From the NCBI GenBank assembly GCA_035458585.1, contig DATHZN010000083.1, positions 10,944 through 74,943 on the forward strand: DNA of 64,000 bases, written 5' to 3'. Shown piece after piece: positions 29,366-38,190 of the stretch. Below the pieces are notes generated by a model. The model searched no databases. It saw only the letters and a list, made by a program, of their open reading frames with translations, and was not told where the DNA came from. The stretch is from Marinobacterium sp. Lineage in GTDB: Bacteria; Pseudomonadota; Gammaproteobacteria; Pseudomonadales; Balneatricaceae. The position numbers were made by a program, and so were the translations under genes. Within the stretch, counting starts at the first letter, position 1. Every line of letters begins with the position of its first letter.

Positions 29366-29977
29366 GTGAGTCAAGATAAGCCAAAAGGAGCTGATGTGAA
29401 CGCTGCTGCCGTGCTCTTGGAAGATAAAAAGAAGCAGATCCGCGATGAGTGGTCCGCCGTTTTGAGCTCTCTTGCTGAGAGCCGAGACAAGATCGCATTT
29501 TCGCGTCTGTATGAATACTTTGCGCCGCGAGTCAAAGCCTACATCATACGATTTGGTATGAGCCCAGCTTCTGCTGAGGAGCTTACTCAAGAGTCGATGC
29601 TCGCGGTGTGGCGCAAAGCCCATCTCTACAACCGTAGTAAGGCCAGTGCAAGCACTTGGATTTTTACTCTCGCGCGCAACCAGTGCATCGACCGGCTGAG
29701 GCGCGAGAAGGCTGTGGAGTATGAGTTGCCTGAAGAGGAGGCTGATCCTGATCAGCGTCATTATGGCGAACATGCAGTTGTAGCGAAGCGTATGGAAGAT
29801 GCTATCGCTCAGCTACCTGAGGCGCAGGCACAGGTCCTTTATCTCTCATATTACGAGGGCAAGAGTCACTCCGAGATTGCAGAGCAGCTCGGAATTCCTC
29901 TTGGTAGTGTTAAATCAAGATTACGTTTGGCGTTTTCTAAGTTGAAAGCGCACTGGGGTGAAGATAGTGAAAATTAG
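29366..29977 (+). CDS. rpoE: ECF sigma factor of the sigmaE/ChrR (ECF11) group
   Basis: AEELTQE..L.VWRKA, WIFTLARN, PLGSVKSRLRLA; directly upstream of chrR; real start may be GTG 29396 after AAGGAG. Confidence 0.9.
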   Translation: MSQDKPKGADVNAAAVLLEDKKKQIRDEWSAVLSSLAESRDKIAFSRLYEYFAPRVKAYIIRFGMSPASAEELTQESMLAVWRKAHLYNRSKASASTWIFTLARNQCIDRLRREKAVEYELPEEEADPDQRHYGEHAVVAKRMEDAIAQLPEAQAQVLYLSYYEGKSHSEIAEQLGIPLGSVKSRLRLAFSKLKAHWGEDSEN

Positions 29978-30614
29978 CCACCACTTTGACGACGCAACTC
30001 TAGTAGCGTACTCAAGTGGCACGCTGACGAAAGGGATGGCGTTGCTGGTTGAGAGCCACTTAGAGATGTGTAAGCAGTGCACGGAGCACGTGCATACATC
30101 GAACAGAATTGGCGGAGATTTATTGACCAAGATAGCGCCAGTTGCCATGCAACGCGGCTCACTTGATCAGGTGCTCGGGATGCTGGACAGCGTCGATATG
30201 GAAGTTCCGGTTGAGAACGAGGTCTCCGCTTCGGGCGAGGTGCCACAGTCACTCGCAGCAATTATCGGTTGCGATCTCGATAAGTTGGACTGGAAGTCCA
30301 TGGGGTTGGGGGTTCAGCAGTTCGACCTCAAGCTCGGTGGAAGCGGTGCAACACGACTTTTGCGGATACAACCCGGTGTCTCCGTACCGCACCACACACA
30401 CAGCGGCAATGAGCTAACGCTCATTTTACGTGGTTCTTACAGCGACGAAATCGGGCGTTTTCAGGTTGGCGACGTGGCTGACTTGGATGATCAGCTAGAG
30501 CATCAACCAATCGTGGATACACGCGAGGAGTGTATCTGTCTGATTGCGACCGATGCACCTCTTAAGTTTAGCGGACTGATGGGCAAACTAGTGCAGCCAT
30601 TTATTGGTCTCTAA
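29967..30614 (+). CDS. chrR: ChrR anti-sigma factor
   Basis: N-terminal HH, HxxxCxxC zinc site, cupin HTHSGNELTLILRG, H.P and CICL. Confidence 0.93.
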   Translation: MKISHHFDDATLVAYSSGTLTKGMALLVESHLEMCKQCTEHVHTSNRIGGDLLTKIAPVAMQRGSLDQVLGMLDSVDMEVPVENEVSASGEVPQSLAAIIGCDLDKLDWKSMGLGVQQFDLKLGGSGATRLLRIQPGVSVPHHTHSGNELTLILRGSYSDEIGRFQVGDVADLDDQLEHQPIVDTREECICLIATDAPLKFSGLMGKLVQPFIGL

Positions 30615-30641
30615 AATACGAGCTGAGTATAACCTTTGAGG

Positions 30642-30671
30642 GCCGGTGCTGACGCACCGGCTTTCTTATTT
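30642..30671 (+). terminator. Intrinsic terminator-like hairpin between chrR and phrB
   Basis: GCCGGTGC-tgac-GCACCGGC followed by TTTCTTATTT. Confidence 0.7.
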
Positions 30672-30698
30672 CTGACTTCCTACTCGAGGAGTTGTCGA

Positions 30699-32087
30699 AT
30701 GAATCTAATCTGGTTTAGAAACGATCTGCGAATCCACGCAAATCCGGCCCTTCAAGCGGCTGTTGCAACCGGAGACCCCTGTATCGCTTTTGTCTGTCTG
30801 ACACCAAAAAGTTGGGATGAGCACAATGAAGGGCCTGTCCGTATGGGTTTCTGGCGCGCGCGTCTTGTTGAGGTTGCGGCCGAACTTGCTCAGCTCAACA
30901 TTCCTCTCAAAGTACTTGATGCTGGTCACTTTAATGGCTGCGCAGCAGCGGTTGTGAAGTTGGCACAACAATCCTCAGCCACCGCACTCTACTTCAATCA
31001 TGAGTATCCACTAAACGAACGCTTGCGCGATCAGAAAGTTTGCCTTGCGATGGATTCTGTTGGTGTAACCTGTCATAGCTTTCACGGTGAGCTGATTATC
31101 CCGCCCGGCGAGGTGAAGACGGGGCAGGGGACAGATTTCAAGGTTTATACCCCTTTTTCGCGTGCTTGGCGCAAGCGACTGGCCGATTTTGATCGTCCCA
31201 TTAAGGCACTGCAGCAGAAGGCGCCTGTCACCGAGATCCTATCAGACCCTGTGCCCTCTGATCTTGGCTGGCGCGAGTTGAACTATCGGGAGGATCTTTG
31301 GCCGGTCTCCAGCGAGGCTATTCGCTCACAGGTCTACCGTTTCGTTGAGCAATCTGAAGCTGACTACGCTGAGCAACGCAATTTTCCGGCTGTCGAGGGC
31401 ACCTCGAAGCTGTCGCCTTACCTGACTATTGGTGCGGTATCACCCCTTCAGCTTCTACATGTGCTTCGTAATCACTATGCTGATGAGCGTTGGTTAGAGG
31501 GTAGTTGGCTTAATGAGATCATCTGGCGTGAGTTCTACCGACACCTTCTTGTTGCGTTTCCAGAACTTAGCAAGTTGGAACCCTTTAGGCCTGAGACCGA
31601 AGCCCGGATTACCTGGATTGATGATTCACAAGCTTTTGACGCCTGGTGTCGTGGAGAGACCGGTTTCCCAATTGTAGATGCTGCGATGAAGCAATTGCTG
31701 GAGACCGGCTGGATGCATAACCGCCTGCGTATGATCGTTGCGTCTTTTCTAACAAAATTATTGGGCGTTGATTGGCGTTTGGGTGAAAAGTTCTTTATGC
31801 AGCAGCTAATTGACGCAGATTTTGCCTCCAATTTAGGCGGATGGCAGTGGTCAGCGTCAACGGGCGCCGACGCCGCACCCTACTTTCGTATTTTCAATCC
31901 AATCACTCAAAGTCAGAAGTTCGATGCTCAGGGGGTATTTTTACAACGCTGGCTGCCCGAGTTGTCTAATGTGCCTGTAAAACAGCGCCATTTGCCTGGC
32001 GCTGCTAGTCAGTTCGGCAGGCCGTTGCCAATAATTGATTACTCGAGCGCGCGCAAAAGGGCGTTGGACAGTTACAATAGCGCCTAA
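30699..32087 (+). CDS. phrB: Class I DNA photolyase
   Basis: WFRNDLR, TSKLSPYL, EIIWREFY, GWMHNRLRM, GGWQW, YFRIFNP. Confidence 0.95.
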   Translation: MNLIWFRNDLRIHANPALQAAVATGDPCIAFVCLTPKSWDEHNEGPVRMGFWRARLVEVAAELAQLNIPLKVLDAGHFNGCAAAVVKLAQQSSATALYFNHEYPLNERLRDQKVCLAMDSVGVTCHSFHGELIIPPGEVKTGQGTDFKVYTPFSRAWRKRLADFDRPIKALQQKAPVTEILSDPVPSDLGWRELNYREDLWPVSSEAIRSQVYRFVEQSEADYAEQRNFPAVEGTSKLSPYLTIGAVSPLQLLHVLRNHYADERWLEGSWLNEIIWREFYRHLLVAFPELSKLEPFRPETEARITWIDDSQAFDAWCRGETGFPIVDAAMKQLLETGWMHNRLRMIVASFLTKLLGVDWRLGEKFFMQQLIDADFASNLGGWQWSASTGADAAPYFRIFNPITQSQKFDAQGVFLQRWLPELSNVPVKQRHLPGAASQFGRPLPIIDYSSARKRALDSYNSA

Positions 32088-32144
32088 TATCGACACAAAT
32101 CTGACTAAGATATTGTGTCAGGACGTCGTGCTTTGGAGAGCTTA

Positions 32145-33464
32145 ATGGATTGGCACAAACTTCTATCACCCAAACGTTTTGGGCATGCTCAGCTAAACGC
32201 GCAAGAGCGCGGTCGGAGTCAGTTTCATAAAGACCATGATCGTATCATCTTCTCAAGCGCATTCCGCCGTCTGGGGCGCAAGACGCAGGTGCACCCGCTG
32301 GCACTCAATGACCATATTCACACACGTCTTACTCACTCGATTGAGGTGGGCAGTCTTGGACGTAGCCTCGGTATTCGTGCTGGGGAGTTGATCGCCGACC
32401 AACTGCCTCAGGATATATCGCCGGATGATCTGGGTACTATTGTGCAGTCCGCCTGTCTGGCTCATGACATCGGAAATCCCCCCTTTGGTCATGCCGGAGA
32501 GTATGCTATCCGTGACTGGTTTCGTCAGCGCCAAGACGATAGACGATTCGCTGAGCTCACCCCCGAGGAGTGGCAGGATCTATCCACTTTTGAGGGTAAC
32601 GCTCAGGGCTTCAGAGTTGTGACACGTATTGAGAACCACCTGTTCAACGGCGGTCTGCGACTTACACATGCAACTCTCGGTACTCTGTTGAAATACCCCT
32701 GGACCGCTCGTCATGGTGGAAAGAGAGGGAAGTTCAGCTGTTATCAGACAGAGCTCGAGATTCTCGAGGCACTCGGACGCGACCTTGGACTCGCCCGGCT
32801 CGAGTCTGATCGCTGGTGCCGTCACCCTCTGAGCTTTCTTATGGAGGCGGCAGACGATATCTGTTATGCCATTTTGGACCTTGAGGATGCCATAGAACTG
32901 GGCCTATTGCAGTTTGAGGAGGTGAAACCCATCCTTCTTAAACTTTGCGGTGATCTCAGTTTTGATGATGAGATCTTCGCCACTCAGGCGTCTTCTCGCC
33001 GTAAAATATCGGCACTGCGCGGCCGTGCAATGGAGAATATGGTCAACTCGGCCGTTGAGGTGTTTGCGGACCAGTTACAATCGCTCATGTCCGGTGATTA
33101 TCATGGAGAGCTACTCAGCGATGGTGATCCGATGGTCCGTGACGGGCTCGCTGAAGCGAAACGCATAGCACAACTTCGGGTATTTCCGGATACTCGCAAA
33201 GCCGAATTGGAGGTGGGGGCTTATACGATTCTCGGTGTGCTGGTGGAGGCGTTTATTGAAGCGGTGTGGGAGCAGCATGATAAAGGCGTGGATAATCTCT
33301 GTTACCGTAGCGAGAAGATCATGAGTCTGATGGGCATCCACGCCCCGTCACCAAAGGAGTCTCTGTACGCGAGCTACATGCGTGCACTCGACTTTATCTC
33401 GGGTATGACTGACTCTTATGCCAGCTACCTGGCACGGCAAATCGGTGGCGGTATTCGTGTTTAA
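32145..33464 (+). CDS. dgt: Deoxyguanosinetriphosphate triphosphohydrolase
   Basis: FRRL..KTQV, RLTHSIEV, HDIGNPPFGHAGE, EAADDICY, SGMTD. Confidence 0.93.
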   Translation: MDWHKLLSPKRFGHAQLNAQERGRSQFHKDHDRIIFSSAFRRLGRKTQVHPLALNDHIHTRLTHSIEVGSLGRSLGIRAGELIADQLPQDISPDDLGTIVQSACLAHDIGNPPFGHAGEYAIRDWFRQRQDDRRFAELTPEEWQDLSTFEGNAQGFRVVTRIENHLFNGGLRLTHATLGTLLKYPWTARHGGKRGKFSCYQTELEILEALGRDLGLARLESDRWCRHPLSFLMEAADDICYAILDLEDAIELGLLQFEEVKPILLKLCGDLSFDDEIFATQASSRRKISALRGRAMENMVNSAVEVFADQLQSLMSGDYHGELLSDGDPMVRDGLAEAKRIAQLRVFPDTRKAELEVGAYTILGVLVEAFIEAVWEQHDKGVDNLCYRSEKIMSLMGIHAPSPKESLYASYMRALDFISGMTDSYASYLARQIGGGIRV

Positions 33465-33484
33465 AAATCAGTATAGGAGAGAGT

Positions 33485-33859
33485 ATGGCCTCTTTGTCAG
33501 ATCAACTCAGCCGTTTAGTCTACTCCACCGAAAAGGGTGATCTCTGCTCTGAGTGTGGTGAGGCTAAAGCCAACTGTATCTGTGCCGAACTTGCCGACCA
33601 AGCGCGGTTAGCATCGCTGGATGGCGTGGTGCGAATCAGGCGCGAGACTGCGGGGCGAAAAGGGAAGGGCGTGACTACAATTAGTGGAGTGGCTCAGCCT
33701 GAAACAGAGCTCAGGGCGCTACTCAAACGTCTGAAGAAGAGCTGCGGGACTGGCGGCAGCCTTAGCGAAGGCGTGATCGAAATTCAGGGTGATCACCGTG
33801 ACAAGATTAAAGCGATGCTGGAAAAAGAGGGGTATAGCGTCAAGCTTGCTGGTGGCTAG
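33485..33859 (+). CDS. yciH: SUI1/YciH translation factor
   Basis: LVYST, GRKGKGVT, CGTGG, IEIQGDHR. Confidence 0.93.
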   Translation: MASLSDQLSRLVYSTEKGDLCSECGEAKANCICAELADQARLASLDGVVRIRRETAGRKGKGVTTISGVAQPETELRALLKRLKKSCGTGGSLSEGVIEIQGDHRDKIKAMLEKEGYSVKLAGG

Positions 33860-34595
33860 CCTGATCCTTGCAGTCCCCCTTCAAGCGGAGCTTTATGAGT
33901 ATCGGGATGAGAGTGGCAAGCGTATTTTTGTTGATAGGATCTACAAGGTACCTCTGCAGTACCACGATCAGCTCATCCAGCGTAAGAACCCGCGGCAAAG
34001 CCCGGAGGAGAGCCTGTTAGCCAGGCGGTTGCAACAGATTGCTGAGTTGGAGCGCTCCGTTCGGCGGATTGATCGGCTGCTCGAGAAGGCCAGTTCGCCA
34101 ATCAGTTTTACCAATAATCAGGTTGTAGTACCGGTACAGGTGAGCCGAGGTAATCGCAGCCGAGAGCTTAAACTTCTGCTCGATACCGGTGCCAACCGAA
34201 CGGTATTTCATCGGCATACGTTGGAAGATCTAGTGGCTCAACCACTGCAGATAGGTGCCGCCCGCACTGCGAGCGGAGATTCCATTCCGCTTTACCAGGG
34301 GCAAGTCGACAAACTTCAGATCGGTCCATTTGAGATCAGCCCCGCTCAGGTTCAGATGCTGGACTTCAATGGTAGTTCAGCTCATCAGGGATTACTCGGG
34401 ATGGATCTGCTATCCCAAGTAAAGTACCAATTGGATCTGGAAGCTCAGCAACTTTATTGGGCGCCAGAGCAGGTGAGTCTGTTGGGCGCACAGCGCCAGG
34501 CGCTGGTTGAGCGTGTCGAGCTTCTCAGATCCCAATTACAGCCTGAGCTAAAGAGAGTTCCATCCGCGCCTTCAATAGACGATAGAGCGCAATAG
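33789..34595 (+). CDS. Exported retropepsin-like aspartyl protease with N-terminal DUF4124-like domain
   Basis: LYEYRDESG...F.D, LLDTGA, GLLGMD; start uncertain (possibly near 33850). Confidence 0.8.
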   Translation: MITVTRLKRCWKKRGIASSLLVASLILAVPLQAELYEYRDESGKRIFVDRIYKVPLQYHDQLIQRKNPRQSPEESLLARRLQQIAELERSVRRIDRLLEKASSPISFTNNQVVVPVQVSRGNRSRELKLLLDTGANRTVFHRHTLEDLVAQPLQIGAARTASGDSIPLYQGQVDKLQIGPFEISPAQVQMLDFNGSSAHQGLLGMDLLSQVKYQLDLEAQQLYWAPEQVSLLGAQRQALVERVELLRSQLQPELKRVPSAPSIDDRAQ

Positions 34596-35481
34596 CGGCA
34601 TCAATCTCCTCTTTACGGTTGGTGATGCTCTCTATATTCAATCCCAGTGGTAGACCCAGGTGAGCGACCGCAGAGAGGATGTGGGTCAGGTTCGAGTAGC
34701 AGATGCGTTGTGATTCCAGTAGAGGATTTTTTGCATCGAGAATTCGATAGCCGGTTGCCTCTGGAATCGAGATGCCCAGCCAGCGCAAAAACTCCAGTGT
34801 TTTAGCGCTCCCACAGGGCGTGAATGTCAGAATAATGCGTGCCGGCTCTATGTTACGTTCACGACACTCCCGTGCGTAGACAGTCAGCATATCGATTGTT
34901 GCTTGCGCGTTATAGACTGCCTGGGATACGAAAAATGTACAGCCCTGTCTCTGTTTTTCGAGCAGGCGTAGATGCTCATCACCTTTCTTCTGGTGGCGCT
35001 CAGCAATGGTGACGCCGCCAATCTGTAGGTCACCCGCAACGCTGGCGACAGTTTTGTAGGCCTGCGCAAGTGTCATCTTAGCAACATCGGCCGAGGGGCT
35101 ACCCACAAAAATAATGTTCTTCTGTTGGTAAGTGTTCAGTGTCTCGTTAATCCAGTTTTCAAACTCTTCCCGTGTGCGCTGCGCAACTGACTTGTAAGTA
35201 ATGGTCTGGCGGGCGTTCAAGCTACTGATTAGCGCCGCGTACTCCCGGGAATCTCTTGTGCTGGCAAATGGGAAGGGACGTGGCTCATCGATGCGAGCAC
35301 TCTCATCCTGGATATCATAGACAACCATGCCGTCGTACTCGATATTATCCAGACGAGCCAGCAGCTTTTCTGCGATCTCGCGCATCTTCTCATCGTCTGT
35401 CCCCTCTTTAGGGGGAGTCGTTCCGATCAGATAGACCCCTAGATCTTTTTTGCTCAATTTTTCTGCCAGTGTCAGTGCCAT
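34525..35481 (-). CDS. Methylenetetrahydrofolate reductase-like FAD-linked protein
   Basis: TTPPK, YDIQDE..R...RPFPF, IAERH, FFVSQAVY, WLGI; MetR-type boxes upstream. Confidence 0.72.
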   Translation of the reverse strand: MALTLAEKLSKKDLGVYLIGTTPPKEGTDDEKMREIAEKLLARLDNIEYDGMVVYDIQDESARIDEPRPFPFASTRDSREYAALISSLNARQTITYKSVAQRTREEFENWINETLNTYQQKNIIFVGSPSADVAKMTLAQAYKTVASVAGDLQIGGVTIAERHQKKGDEHLRLLEKQRQGCTFFVSQAVYNAQATIDMLTVYARECRERNIEPARIILTFTPCGSAKTLEFLRWLGISIPEATGYRILDAKNPLLESQRICYSNLTHILSAVAHLGLPLGLNIESITNRKEEIDAAIALYRLLKARMELSLAQAVIGI

Positions 35482-35531
35482 GCAATGCCTCGTGTGAGTC
35501 GAATACCAATATTCAGGAGTCAGTATATACT

Positions 35532-35621
35532 TGAATCAAATTCAATAAATCATAAATAGTGGTGAAATATAAACATGTTCAGCTGAACTTCTCTCAAGTC
35601 AATTAAGCTGAAATCTATTCA
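35532..35621. promoter_or_regulatory. Three TGAA-N5-TTCA (MetR-type) boxes
   Basis: TGAATCAAATTCA 35532-35544, TGAACTTCTCTCA 35584-35596, TGAAATCTATTCA 35609-35621. Confidence 0.65.
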
Positions 35622-35689
35622 CTCAGAAGTGCCTTGATTCAGCCGCTAAGGTGTTTTACGAAAAGAGATTCAAGAGCCTAGGTACACCC

Positions 35690-36727
35690 ATGCAAATACT
35701 GAGTTCCCCAAACGGATACCTGCCCTCCAGTAGCCATGCTGTCAGTAATAGCACGGCTAATGGAGAGTCTAATTCGGTTCAGCAGGAGCTACTATCGAGT
35801 CTTGGTGCCTACCTCAACCCGACACAGGTTGATGAAATTGTGGCTGCTGATCAGGCCGACTTCAGTGCCGAGAAAGTCTCCAGTCGAATCGCTGATTTCG
35901 TCGCCATGGGTCTTGCAAAGGCTGCCTCCAATGGCGCCTCGCAAGAGCGCTTGCAGTCACTTTACAACAGTGCGGTAGAGGGCATGCGTAAAGGGTTTGA
36001 AGAGGCGCGTGAAATTCTCGAACAGATGCCGATGTTTACTGATTCCGTGCGCTCGCTGGTCGACGAGACGGAACAGCTCAGCTTTGAAAAGCTGGCTCGG
36101 TTGGACCCCTCCGCACCTAAGGATGAGCCAGCTTCAAGCGCAGTATCAGCGGCGACGGAGTACCGTGAATCGTTAAAACTTAAACTGGTTACTCAAGATG
36201 GGGACAAAGTTGAAGTGCGCTTTAACAGTCGAGAGTCATCGCAGCTCAGTGCGGACAATGAACAGGTTAGATTCTCCTCTGAGAGTCGTGCGCAATTCCA
36301 GCTAAAGGTGGTGGGTGAGTTGGATGAAGCCGAGCTCGGCGCAATTGAGGATTTGATGACTCAGATCAGTGAGGTGGCGGATAACTTCTATGCTGGCCGG
36401 GTTGATCAGGCATTCAATATGGCCACTGAGTTACAGATGAACGCCAGTGAGTTGGCCCGAATGGATCTCAACCTCCAGCAAAGCGTACGGGTTGAAGTAC
36501 GTGAGTATCAGCAGATCGAACAGCAAGCTCACCCCGAGCACCCCTGGGCGAAACGGATACAGAGCTGGCTCGCCTCAGTTGATCAGGTTAGCAGTGGATT
36601 TAACGAGCTTTTCGATGAACCCAGTAACAGACTAGCTGATATTATCCGTGCTGCAGTTGATGTGCGTGGTCCAGCGAAGGGGGTGCCGGCGGGCCTGGAG
36701 TCGCTGTTATCTGAGCGTTTTGCTTAG
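35690..36727 (+). CDS. DUF5610-like hypothetical protein
   Basis: DFSAEKVS.RI..F, GFEEAREIL, TQDGDKV, VVGELDEAEL; start may be 35651. Confidence 0.7.
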   Translation: MQILSSPNGYLPSSSHAVSNSTANGESNSVQQELLSSLGAYLNPTQVDEIVAADQADFSAEKVSSRIADFVAMGLAKAASNGASQERLQSLYNSAVEGMRKGFEEAREILEQMPMFTDSVRSLVDETEQLSFEKLARLDPSAPKDEPASSAVSAATEYRESLKLKLVTQDGDKVEVRFNSRESSQLSADNEQVRFSSESRAQFQLKVVGELDEAELGAIEDLMTQISEVADNFYAGRVDQAFNMATELQMNASELARMDLNLQQSVRVEVREYQQIEQQAHPEHPWAKRIQSWLASVDQVSSGFNELFDEPSNRLADIIRAAVDVRGPAKGVPAGLESLLSERFA

Positions 36728-37365
36728 CCGAGTTTACGCACTACATTGACGCCATCACGAACGGTCAGGAAAACATTTTCAACATCTGGATCCTCAGCGA
36801 TATACCGGTTGCACTCGACCAGTACATCATCGATGTCTGATTCAGGCTGCAGCACTTTGCCTGACCAAAGTACATTATCCAGCACGATAAGGCCGCCCGG
36901 AGCCGTCATCTCCTTGACCCGCAGGTAGTAGTTTAAGTAATTGCGCTTATCGGCGTCGATAAACGTGAAGTCAAACGGGCCCTCTAGGCTCTCCAATGTA
37001 TCCAACGCGCGACCGAAGATCACATCGATTTTATGGCCATGCTCAGAACGGTCGAAAAAAGTTTTAGCGAACTCGATAGCACGCGGGTTCGTTTCGCAGC
37101 ATATCAACTTTCCATCTTGCGGCATTCCCTCAGCGATTGAGAGCGCTGAATAGCCGGTAAACATTCCTATCTCAAGTGCGCGTTTGGGCTGCTTCAGTGA
37201 GACCAGTAGCTTCAGCGTGCGGCCCACAAGGCGACCCGATAGCTTCTGCGGCCACCCCATATTGAGGTTGGTCTGGTCAATTAACTCCTGCAGCAGAGGC
37301 GGCTCTTCGCCAGTTACCAAAAAGGCGTAATCCTCTATTGCTTCATCAACGAGGTAATCGGGCAT
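36724..37365 (-). CDS. Class I SAM-dependent O-methyltransferase (CCoAOMT-like)
   Basis: LEIGMFTGYSAL, FIDADK.NY, DNVLWSG, VRDG. Confidence 0.9.
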   Translation of the reverse strand: MPDYLVDEAIEDYAFLVTGEEPPLLQELIDQTNLNMGWPQKLSGRLVGRTLKLLVSLKQPKRALEIGMFTGYSALSIAEGMPQDGKLICCETNPRAIEFAKTFFDRSEHGHKIDVIFGRALDTLESLEGPFDFTFIDADKRNYLNYYLRVKEMTAPGGLIVLDNVLWSGKVLQPESDIDDVLVECNRYIAEDPDVENVFLTVRDGVNVVRKLG

Positions 37366-37374
37366 AGAGACTCC

Positions 37375-37689
37375 TTATCTGTTTGGTTGGGCATCGGACG
37401 GCATAATCACTGGGCTTCCCCAAAACATTTCGACTTCAGGCATGCCCTCCCAACGGTACTTGCAGAGCTTTAGATCCGTGATCTCACATGCCAGTTGTTC
37501 GATGGCGACTCCAGTGGGTAGTTTTTGACACCCCCGTTGCGGTTGGCTGCCAACCCCATATAAATTTGCGCTCAGTAGCTGGCGGTAGAGCGCTTCTGAT
37601 TCGCACACCCAGTGTTGACTCTCGGTTGCCAGAGTTATATTCGGACTGATCAATAACATGGAGAAGAGGTAGTTAATTGGCTGTTTCAT
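37375..37689 (-). CDS. Small hypothetical exported protein
   Basis: 104-aa ORF filling the gap, signal-like N-terminus, four Cys. Confidence 0.6.
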   Translation of the reverse strand: MKQPINYLFSMLLISPNITLATESQHWVCESEALYRQLLSANLYGVGSQPQRGCQKLPTGVAIEQLACEITDLKLCKYRWEGMPEVEMFWGSPVIMPSDAQPNR

Positions 37690-37756
37690 CAGTTAAGTCT
37701 GGAGCAAAGGGGTTGAGATTCGTACAATCACGCCTTAATTGCGGAGGATTATACTG

Positions 37757-38113
37757 ATGAACGAAGCGCTATACATCTTTCTTGCTGCTGGAGCAGTCTC
37801 CATGGCGGCTGCACTGAGCGCAAGCGCCCTGAATAAGTTGTCTGAAGAGACGCGTCCAGCTTGGATGAACTCAAAGAATGCTCAGATGTCGGTAGTCTTG
37901 GGAGGTAACTTTGCAGCACTCAGCTTAGTGGGCGCCATGGCTTACGGTTTTCAAACACTGCACTGGTCAATTCCACTCTCCTGCATGTTTATCACCTTCC
38001 CAATTGTCCAGCTGTTAGTTTTGCAGCGTATTTTGGGCGACGCTCGAACGTTGATGTTAACCCTTCCATTAACCCTGGTGGCCGATATTTACCTCTATAT
38101 AAACTGGCCTTAG
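37757..38113 (+). CDS. Hypothetical membrane protein
   Basis: About four hydrophobic segments; GGAGG RBS; terminator follows. Confidence 0.8.
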   Translation: MNEALYIFLAAGAVSMAAALSASALNKLSEETRPAWMNSKNAQMSVVLGGNFAALSLVGAMAYGFQTLHWSIPLSCMFITFPIVQLLVLQRILGDARTLMLTLPLTLVADIYLYINWP

Positions 38114-38131
38114 GTGGTTAGAGATTAAATT

Positions 38132-38157
38132 GGGAGCCGATGGCTCCTTTTTTATTT
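38132..38157 (+). terminator. Intrinsic terminator
   Basis: GGAGCC-gat-GGCTCC followed by TTTTTTATTT. Confidence 0.75.
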
Positions 38158-38190
38158 CTGTTATCTCTAAAAAACGCATGGCTAGCGCCA

